NCBI GenBank assembly: GCA_049599895.1
Contig: JBMYPC010000021.1
Span: 1-30,448, forward strand
Direction of reading: 5' to 3'
Length of the DNA: 30,448 bases
Origin: Bacteriovoracaceae bacterium
GTDB taxonomy: Bacteria; Bdellovibrionota; Bacteriovoracia; Bacteriovoracales; Bacteriovoracaceae
The position numbers and the translations under genes were made by a program. Shown one piece after another: positions 11,129-18,311 of the stretch (position 1 is the stretch's first letter; the number at the start of each line of letters is the position of its first letter). The notes beneath the pieces are model-generated. The model was not told where the DNA came from, made no database searches, and worked only from the letters and a program-made list of their open reading frames with translations.

Positions 11129-12724
11129 TTAAAAATATAAACTTAAACCAAAACTCATTCTAAAGTTATTAGAGATCACAAGAGATTCAATATCATCTTC
11201 AATTTCATCAGTGGCATTATAACGACTGACTTCATTTTGAATTAAAATATTGGCCCCCATCCCCACATCCATACCATCTTCTCTTTCGTCCCCTGCTTGA
11301 AAACGATACTTAAGACCAATCTGAGTAGTCGGGAGGGTGACTAGCTGGTAGTTATAATCTCTTGTGAGATTAGGATTGGACATCGTCGCTTCACCACGAC
11401 GAAGGCCAAGACCAGCATAAATAAGATATTTTCGAACCTGATCAGGTCGATTATAAAAGTAATAGTTAAGAACCCCTAAAAAGCTTCTTTCATTAAACTT
11501 TCCGTTGAGACCGCCAATATCATAGTAACGAAGACCAATCTCAGCCTGTAGTTCAATAGTCCATTTTTTGATATCAAAAGAAGTTCGGGAAAGATGATAT
11601 TCATAACCAAGTGAGAGAGCATAGTCCATCCCTTGGTTATTGCTGTCATCAACAGCTGTATTGGCAACGAGAGCTGTTGTCATCCTTAAAAGAATTTCAT
11701 TTCCTGCACGACGATCAAGAGCAAGTTCTTGGCGTCGTCTTTCTTTTTCAATTCCCGATTGAACAAAGAATCGTCTAAGCTCTTCATCATTCATATCAGA
11801 GGACCAACGATCTCCCCTTCTTCGGATTCTTTCAAGAGCATAGGGGCCAACATGTCTTGCTTCTCTTCTTTCTCTAATCTTTTTCTCGTAAACATTTTCT
11901 AGTTGAACTTTCTTTGTGACCTGGCTGATCTGTTCATCTTTTTCTTGTTCTTTATAAAGACCAGTCACACCGAATTCGAGTTTATTCATTTTGTCTTGAA
12001 CACCATCGATTGTACTGTTAAAGATTTTTTTATTCTCTCGTCTTTCAATATCAGCGACATCAATAGGATTGGCCTGATCAGTACTTTTTTTAAGATTAAC
12101 GTCGTTGAGATATTCATCGATATACTCAATCCCCTGTTTTCTTTGCCATACTTCAAAATTACGAGCAATCATATGCTCGTTTCGATCAATGGAAGTTCTG
12201 ATAACACCCTTATCCTCACTATAATCTTTTGATTTAAAAACAAGCTCTGAAGGCATTCCCTGGTCTTCATCAAGAATATAGCGCTTAACACTCTTTCCTT
12301 CAGGAAGAATGACTTTTCGAGAACTCACTTTAAGAGTTCTCCCTTTTAGGGATCTTTTCAATGTGGCAATTTTAATGGAATTGCCTTCTTCAATTAAAGC
12401 GGCATGATCCATGCGCTCAAAATACCAAAAAGAACTTCGAGGCCTAGACTGAACAACCTCAGCTGTTCCAACGAGATGAAGTTTAGGATTATTCTTTGTT
12501 CCGGTCTGACGAAAAACTTTAGCATAGGTTCCAGGACGAACCCCATCAAGATGGCCAACAGCAACTTTCATCGTTTTTCCACTTTCACTAATATTAAGAA
12601 CTTTTGCTCCCCAAAGCTCTAGTGCAGAAAGATTGAATGTTGGATAAATAAGAAGGCCAAAAAAGGCACAAATAAAAAAGTATTGAATGAAAGAATCAAA
12701 TTTTTGCGTGTGCTTAAGTTTCAT
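11129..12724 (-). CDS. Putative outer-membrane beta-barrel protein, paralogous architecture to 10002-11117
   Basis: Signal peptide; VAVGHLDGVRPGT...VGTAEVVQSRPRSS; charged helical middle region; beta-strand C-terminus ending FGLSLYF. Confidence 0.7.
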   Translation of the reverse strand: MKLKHTQKFDSFIQYFFICAFFGLLIYPTFNLSALELWGAKVLNISESGKTMKVAVGHLDGVRPGTYAKVFRQTGTKNNPKLHLVGTAEVVQSRPRSSFWYFERMDHAALIEEGNSIKIATLKRSLKGRTLKVSSRKVILPEGKSVKRYILDEDQGMPSELVFKSKDYSEDKGVIRTSIDRNEHMIARNFEVWQRKQGIEYIDEYLNDVNLKKSTDQANPIDVADIERRENKKIFNSTIDGVQDKMNKLEFGVTGLYKEQEKDEQISQVTKKVQLENVYEKKIRERREARHVGPYALERIRRRGDRWSSDMNDEELRRFFVQSGIEKERRRQELALDRRAGNEILLRMTTALVANTAVDDSNNQGMDYALSLGYEYHLSRTSFDIKKWTIELQAEIGLRYYDIGGLNGKFNERSFLGVLNYYFYNRPDQVRKYLIYAGLGLRRGEATMSNPNLTRDYNYQLVTLPTTQIGLKYRFQAGDEREDGMDVGMGANILIQNEVSRYNATDEIEDDIESLVISNNFRMSFGLSLYF

Positions 12725-12744
12725 CCGTAAAACTTATCCATGTT

Positions 12745-12770
12745 TGAGTTAACTCACTATTATCATAACA
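12745..12770 (-). promoter_or_regulatory. Extended -10 promoter with adjacent 12-bp perfect palindrome
   Basis: Minus strand TGtTATGAT (12770-12762); TGAGTTAACTCA at 12745-12756 covers the predicted start site. Confidence 0.45.
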
Positions 12771-12793
12771 TAAATTGTGATTCGGTGGGCAAA

Positions 12794-12827
12794 TTATCGA
12801 AAACAGAAACACACAGAACTTCGATAA
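12794..12827. repeat. 8-bp inverted repeat TTATCGAA-N18-TTCGATAA in divergent intergenic region
   Basis: Arms at 12794-12801 and 12820-12827, read directly. Confidence 0.5.
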
Positions 12828-12931
12828 AAATAATCTCTAAAATTAGCTATTCTAATCCCCTAAAAAACATATCGCGTCATAGACAGAGCCCAATAATTTA
12901 AGTAGTTTTACTGATTATTCAGGAGTCAAAA

Positions 12932-13117
12932 ATGGCAAGAAAAAAACAAGTCAAAATCTATCGCTACGAATGCCCTATCACCGGGGAAAACTACAAACTA
13001 CAAGCTGAAGCGAAGAATCCCGATGACCTTATGTCGATTAAGGCCTATTACCAGATGAACCCTGACGAAGATGATCGTCCTGATCACATTAAAAAAGAAT
13101 TAGGAGAACTTGAATGA
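12932..13117 (+). CDS. Small hypothetical protein (61 aa) translationally coupled to trxB
   Basis: SD AGGAG, ATG start; stop overlaps the trxB start (ATGA 13114-13117); contains YECPITGE. Confidence 0.8.
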   Translation: MARKKQVKIYRYECPITGENYKLQAEAKNPDDLMSIKAYYQMNPDEDDRPDHIKKELGELE

Positions 13118-14055
13118 GTTCACCAGAGCATAGAAAAGTTATCATCATTGGCTCAGGTCCTGCCGGTCACACTGCTGCACTCTACACTTCAAGGGCAGAT
13201 CTCAAACCTTTAATTCTTGAAGGTAAAGAACCCGGAGGTCAACTGACGACAACTACTGACGTTGAAAACTTCCCGGGCTTTCCTGATGGAGTCATGGGTC
13301 CCGATCTCATGAACATGATGAAGGCCCAAGCCAAAAGGTTCAATGCAGAATATCTTAATCTCACTGTTACCAATGTTGACTTTAACAACCGACCTTTTCA
13401 AATCACTTGCGAAGGCGGAGAAAAGTATACTGCTGAGGCGATTATCATTGCCACAGGAGCCTCTGCAAAATATCTCGGTCTCCCCAATGAAAAAGAACTC
13501 ATTGGTCGTGGAGTCAGTGCCTGCGCCACATGTGATGGGTTTTTCTACCGTGATAAAGTTGTTCACGTTGTTGGTGGTGGCGATACAGCAATGGAAGAGG
13601 CCACATTCCTCACTAAATTTGCAAGTAAAGTCACTATTATCCACAGAAGAGATCAATTCCGGGCCAGTAAGCCAATGCAGGAAAGAGTTTTCAATAACGA
13701 TAAGATCGATGTTCTTTGGGATAGCGAAGTTTCTGAGATTGTCTTTAACGACAGCGGAGTAACTGGAATCAAAGTGAAAAACCGCACAACTGGTGAAATT
13801 ACTGAAAGAGCGACAGATGGTCTCTTTATGGGAATCGGTCATAGTCCGAACACAAAGTTCTTAGAAGGGAGCATCAACCTCGATGACCATGGCTTTATTC
13901 TTACAAATGGGGCCCATCCAGACACTAACATTCCAGGAGTTTTTGCTTGTGGAGATGTTCAAGACTCCTATTACCGTCAGGCAATTTCAGCTGCAGGTTC
14001 TGGTTGTATGGCCGCAATTCGCTCAGAGAGATTTATTGAAGAGCATCCGCTCTAA
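13114..14055 (+). CDS. trxB: Thioredoxin-disulfide reductase
   Basis: IIGSGPAG, GGQLTTTTDVENFPGF, GVSACATCDG redox motif, VGGGDTAMEEA, GVFACGDV, RQAISAAGSG. Confidence 0.98.
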   Translation: MSSPEHRKVIIIGSGPAGHTAALYTSRADLKPLILEGKEPGGQLTTTTDVENFPGFPDGVMGPDLMNMMKAQAKRFNAEYLNLTVTNVDFNNRPFQITCEGGEKYTAEAIIIATGASAKYLGLPNEKELIGRGVSACATCDGFFYRDKVVHVVGGGDTAMEEATFLTKFASKVTIIHRRDQFRASKPMQERVFNNDKIDVLWDSEVSEIVFNDSGVTGIKVKNRTTGEITERATDGLFMGIGHSPNTKFLEGSINLDDHGFILTNGAHPDTNIPGVFACGDVQDSYYRQAISAAGSGCMAAIRSERFIEEHPL

Positions 14056-14144
14056 ATCACGCTAATGAGTTAAAATTAAGGACTTCTTTCAGATCAAGCC
14101 TCCCACTTAAAAGGGGTTTATTCGCCAGTACCCAACCCACAAAC

Positions 14145-14172
14145 TCAAGCTTTCATTACAAACTGCCGACAA
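14145..14172 (+). promoter_or_regulatory. Sigma-28 (FliA)-like promoter upstream of the 1331-aa gene
   Basis: TCAAG (14145-14149)-N15-GCCGACAA (14165-14172); -10 is 7/8 to GCCGATAA, spacing 1 nt longer than canonical. Confidence 0.5.
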
Positions 14173-14181
14173 GTTATGGCG

Positions 14182-14234
14182 GTGTTATGTAGGCTTTTGC
14201 ACGTCTGATAACTTACATAACACTCTGTTTTTAT
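14182..14234 (+). terminator. 12-bp stem-loop with T-rich tail (terminator or leader hairpin)
   Basis: GTGTTATGTAGG (14182-14193) pairs with CTTACATAACAC (14212-14223), one G-U, 18-nt loop, followed by TCTGTTTTTAT. Confidence 0.5.
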
Positions 14235-14315
14235 GAGGTTTTAAGAAATCCTCTGCGCTCCAGCTTATGAAAAATTACCTAACTAGGTGAAAATTAAAGT
14301 ATCAGGAGTTTTTAA

Positions 14316-17300
14316 TTGAGCACTGAGAGAAAGACAACTTCACAATTTAGTCTCATGAGGGTCATCCAAGGGCTTGTTCTAAGCTTTTCATTGATGGTGA
14401 CTCAAATCTCAGTTGCTGGAATCACGATTAATGGCAAAACCTATAATGGCCTTGAAGAGGCAACTCAGGATGTTCAAAACCAAATAGACAGTGGAGAAAT
14501 TGATCTCAACAATATTGATCCAAGCTCACTTGATCCTGCCCTCTATGACAAACTCAGTGATTCTCAAAAAAGGACTCTCTTAGATAGCTACAATAAGGAA
14601 TCGGGACATAATCTCACACTTTCGGAACTTAACGAAAAAGTTCATAACCCTGAAAAAACTATTGAAGAAATTAAGGCGAGCTCTCCATCAGGAGATTTAA
14701 ACCGTGATGCTCAAAATATCATTACCGAAAACCCAAGTACTGAAGTTATTGATAAAATTGAAAACACTGACTTAACCACCATTAACCTTGAAGAAACTCT
14801 TAATAATCAAGTCTCGGATGAAAACCTCAAAGAGATCATCAATACTCAAAACGAACTTCAAAATAATAATGCTCAAATTGAAGCTCAAAAGAAAAAACTA
14901 GCGGACTCTAATGCTCAAATTGAAGAGCAAAAAAGACAACTCGCTGAGATTGAATCAAATCTTGCTAACAATCTTAACCAAACCCAAAATGTTCAATCTG
15001 ACATTAGTCATATTGAAGAAAGTTTAAATGAAATTGAAAAGAAACAGGCCAGCGGAACTCTTGATCAGCAGGCCTATGACCAGGCCTTAATTGAAGCTGA
15101 GAATCTTAAAAAAGAACAGCAAAAGAAAGAAGCTGAACTCCTGGCCATTCAAGCTGAAAAAACAAAGCTTGAAAAAGATAAAGAACAGGCATTGCAGGCC
15201 CAGCTTGCTAAGGAACGTGAGCTGAAACTTGCTGAAGATCAACTTAAACTTCAAGAACTTAAATCTGAACAGATCACTGACAAACTTAAAGATCAAATTA
15301 CATCTACAGACTCTGCCTCACCCTCTGAAGAACCATCAACAGGTGATTCGAATGAAACGTCATCGGGAGGTCTTGCTGACCTTCTCAATCAAATTCCTGA
15401 GTTTGATGGGGATCTCAATATCGATACAACTCAAGGAAATCTCTGTTACGAAAACGGTGTTTGCTTAACTTTTGATGAGGCCTTAAAAGTTAATCAATGT
15501 CGAAATACAGGAAACATCTCAAGCGAGTGTAACACCATTAGTGAAAAGGTAACGAAAGACTCTGTTGCAGGAGACAAAGCTTGTCTCGAAAGCAATGACC
15601 CCAAGGCCAAAGCCTGTCGTGATGCTGGTAATACTTGGAACTGTGAATATGGGCAATGCCTAAGTGCAGAAAATATTAAGAACCTTTCAAAATCTGGAAG
15701 CGAATGTCTTTATAAAAAAACCAAAGCGGAACAAGAAAACTGTTTTAAATCATTTGAAAACACAGTTGTTGAAAAAGCAGCTTCTGGTGAATTTTGCCAG
15801 GCAAGCGGAGAAAAAGTCTCTCAATGTCAGTCTCAAGGAAAGATCTGGAACTGCGAAGCTGATGCTTGTCTCTCGAGCTATCAAAATAATGTCCTAAAAG
15901 AAGAGATCATTGGATGCTTCAATAAAGACGCAAATGAGCAGAAATCAAGCTGCCTTGATCAATTAAAAAAAGATGGCCCAAGACTTCTCGCAACCACATG
16001 TGAATCTGGATCAAGTTCCGAGGCCAAACAATGCCGAACCAATGGACAAGCTTGGAACTGTCTCACTCAGTCCTGTGTTCATAAAGATGTTGATGAAAAA
16101 ATTGTCGATGCGGCATTATCCTGTCTCGAAAATGAAGCTGATCCTCAATGTCAATCTGCTTCAAATGATCTTGCAAAAACCATTGTTCAAAATGGTGGAC
16201 AATGCCAGCAATCAACAGATGCTGCTAATCAATGTGAGGCTTCAGGTGGAGCTTATAACTGTCAATACAATCAATGTTTAAGTGAAGCTGATTTAAAAGA
16301 CATTACAGACAAAGGTCTTGGTTGTTTTAAAAGCGAAGATCAGGCCCAATGTCTTGATGATTTAAAGATGGACGTTGTAAAAAATGCAGCTCGTGGTCAA
16401 TACTGTGAAGAATCAGCGCAATCAAAGGTTTGTGCAGCTGAAGGGAAAAAATATAACTGTAATATCGGCGATGATATCTGCGTGAGCGATTATCAAAATG
16501 AAGTCATTGCTGAAGAAGTCGAAAAGTGTTTTCAAGGATCTCCTACTAACGCCATGATCGAAGCCTGTCTTGATACCTTAGAAGAAAATGGGCCAGAGCT
16601 TCTCGCAACAACTTGTGACTTGAGCAATAATCCTGATGGTAAGAGTTGTAACGACGCTGGACATGTTTGGAACTGTGTTGTCGAAGTTTGTGTTGATGAA
16701 GACTTTAATAATCGTCTCGTCAATGCTTGGAAAAACTGTCAAGAAAAACCCACAAAAGAAGAAAAAGATCAATGTATGGCCGAGCTCGATGAGCTGGCCG
16801 AAGCATCTAAGAAGGACCCAGGTTTCTCAGAAAACGATCTTGAAAATCCGGGCAGCCCAACAATGGCGGCCAATTTACTTGTTTCAACAATTCTTGGACT
16901 CGTAGGGGCCCTTGTGGGAGGAATCTGTGCCTCAGCTTTCATCAATGTTGCCGCTGGAGTGATGGCATCAATGACTGAAAAGAACTCTGAGAAACAGGCG
17001 AAAACACAACTTAAATCTCTTCGAGAACAATACCGTCAAATTGAAGACCTTAAAAACCAACAGGCCGTGAGCTATGACATTCAAGTTAAGGCCATCGAAT
17101 TTTATATTCACGCTCTCAAAACCGGAGAACAAATCGCCGGCAACTATGCTAAAGGCTATAAACAATCGGCTATGATCTTTGGTATGGCCGCAGCCGTTGC
17201 GGCAATAGAAACAACCGTCTATGCAATGGCGCAAAACTGGCCAATGGTAACATGCGCCGGGATTCAAATTGGCTCAGCTGGCCTTCTAGGTGGACTCAGT

Positions 17301-18311
17301 ATGAAAGCGGCTTCAGTTGCCGAGCAATACAAATCAGACTTTGAATCGCAAAGAAGAGACCTTGAGAGAATTCTTGAAATTTTTAATAAGCACTTCGGCA
17401 ACTATAATGGCATCCAACAATTCGCCGGAGGATCTAAGTCTGGAACAAATGGTCTCCCTGCAACTAACCTAGGTGCAAATTCAATTGAAGGGAAAACAGC
17501 CGAAGGTGAAAATCCATCAAGTACGAATGGCGATAATCCTGAATTTGCTTCTGAAAATGTTTGTGCTGATAAAAATGGTAAAATCGATGAGTCCTGTGCT
17601 TGTCGAGATAGCGGATCATGTTTTCAGCTTGATCCCAATATTTTTGCTGATACAGCGGTTGGAAAATCCCTTTCCAATGAACTGGGCTTTAAAGAATCTT
17701 TTAATGAAGTTAACGATATTGCTTCAGGAAGAATCTCTGCTTCTGATCTCGATGGAACTTCTCTAGCGAGAAGATCAACAAAAGTAAGAAAGGCCGTCAA
17801 AAAACTTGCAAGACAGGCCAACAAAAGTCTTAAAAAGAATGGTCATTCCCAAAGAGTTTCACTCCCAACAAATAAGCAACTTGCGGCAGCTGTTAATCGA
17901 GCGATCCGTTCAGGTCAGGCCAGTGCTCAAAAAGGAAGTCTCCTTTCAAATGTTTTCAGTGGAGTGGTGAGCCCATCAGAAATTAAAGATTTTACCGAAA
18001 AAATGAAAAATAGCCTTGATGATAAAGGTCATGAGAAGAATATTAAAACTTCTCTCGCTTCGTTCCATATTCCTAAGAAGATAAATTTCAAAGATCTCGA
18101 TTCTGACATTATTGCTGATGAACACAGTCACCTCAACAATAAGGACCAGGCCGTTCTCAATTCTCAAGTGAACAGAGACCCTGCTTCACTCAAAGATTTA
18201 GGCGATGTTCATAATGATTCAACCCAGTCTCTCTGGGATATCCTCACAACGAAGTATCATAAAGTTGTAAAAGAAAGAAGAGTTGGTAAATTCAGAAAAT
18301 TGAAAAACTAA
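14316..18311 (+). CDS. Large secreted multidomain protein: coiled coil, six Cys-rich repeats, two hydrophobic hairpins
   Basis: 1331 aa; TTG start 7 nt after AGGAG; signal peptide ending QISVA; coiled coil about aa 170-330; six CxxxGxx[WY]NC repeats; Ala/Gly-rich hydrophobic segments; no recognisable family. Confidence 0.85.
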   Translation: MSTERKTTSQFSLMRVIQGLVLSFSLMVTQISVAGITINGKTYNGLEEATQDVQNQIDSGEIDLNNIDPSSLDPALYDKLSDSQKRTLLDSYNKESGHNLTLSELNEKVHNPEKTIEEIKASSPSGDLNRDAQNIITENPSTEVIDKIENTDLTTINLEETLNNQVSDENLKEIINTQNELQNNNAQIEAQKKKLADSNAQIEEQKRQLAEIESNLANNLNQTQNVQSDISHIEESLNEIEKKQASGTLDQQAYDQALIEAENLKKEQQKKEAELLAIQAEKTKLEKDKEQALQAQLAKERELKLAEDQLKLQELKSEQITDKLKDQITSTDSASPSEEPSTGDSNETSSGGLADLLNQIPEFDGDLNIDTTQGNLCYENGVCLTFDEALKVNQCRNTGNISSECNTISEKVTKDSVAGDKACLESNDPKAKACRDAGNTWNCEYGQCLSAENIKNLSKSGSECLYKKTKAEQENCFKSFENTVVEKAASGEFCQASGEKVSQCQSQGKIWNCEADACLSSYQNNVLKEEIIGCFNKDANEQKSSCLDQLKKDGPRLLATTCESGSSSEAKQCRTNGQAWNCLTQSCVHKDVDEKIVDAALSCLENEADPQCQSASNDLAKTIVQNGGQCQQSTDAANQCEASGGAYNCQYNQCLSEADLKDITDKGLGCFKSEDQAQCLDDLKMDVVKNAARGQYCEESAQSKVCAAEGKKYNCNIGDDICVSDYQNEVIAEEVEKCFQGSPTNAMIEACLDTLEENGPELLATTCDLSNNPDGKSCNDAGHVWNCVVEVCVDEDFNNRLVNAWKNCQEKPTKEEKDQCMAELDELAEASKKDPGFSENDLENPGSPTMAANLLVSTILGLVGALVGGICASAFINVAAGVMASMTEKNSEKQAKTQLKSLREQYRQIEDLKNQQAVSYDIQVKAIEFYIHALKTGEQIAGNYAKGYKQSAMIFGMAAAVAAIETTVYAMAQNWPMVTCAGIQIGSAGLLGGLSMKAASVAEQYKSDFESQRRDLERILEIFNKHFGNYNGIQQFAGGSKSGTNGLPATNLGANSIEGKTAEGENPSSTNGDNPEFASENVCADKNGKIDESCACRDSGSCFQLDPNIFADTAVGKSLSNELGFKESFNEVNDIASGRISASDLDGTSLARRSTKVRKAVKKLARQANKSLKKNGHSQRVSLPTNKQLAAAVNRAIRSGQASAQKGSLLSNVFSGVVSPSEIKDFTEKMKNSLDDKGHEKNIKTSLASFHIPKKINFKDLDSDIIADEHSHLNNKDQAVLNSQVNRDPASLKDLGDVHNDSTQSLWDILTTKYHKVVKERRVGKFRKLKN
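14867..14925 (+). repeat. 17-nt direct repeat at 42-nt period (two-heptad duplication in coiled coil)
   Basis: TAATGCTCAAATTGAAG at 14867 and 14909; NAQIEAQKKKLADS / NAQIEEQKRQLAEI. Confidence 0.75.
15582..16775 (+). repeat. Six protein-level repeats of about 68 aa, six Cys each
   Basis: Cores CRDAGNTWNC, CQSQGKIWNC, CRTNGQAWNC, CEASGGAYNC, CAAEGKKYNC, CNDAGHVWNC; GPRLLATTC/GPELLATTC are 615 nt apart. Confidence 0.85.

Noticed and set aside
12734..12742. DnaA-box-like TTATCCATG
   Set aside because: Single site with two mismatches to TTATCCACA; no cluster or origin-associated genes.
13210..13842. 210-aa antisense ORF inside trxB
   Set aside because: Shadow ORF opposite a conserved gene; no recognisable motif.
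14056..14315. c-di-GMP-I riboswitch or other known ncRNA in the longest intergenic gap
   Set aside because: Lacks the GGCAAAC...GAAA...GACGCAAAG core; no tRNA or known riboswitch pattern visible. An Rfam search would be decisive.
15582..16775. Multiheme cytochrome, CRISPR or DGR interpretation of the Cys-rich repeats
   Set aside because: No CxxCH motifs; repeats are diverged at DNA level, in frame, without spacer structure or adenine-specific differences; no reverse transcriptase or cas genes in the window.
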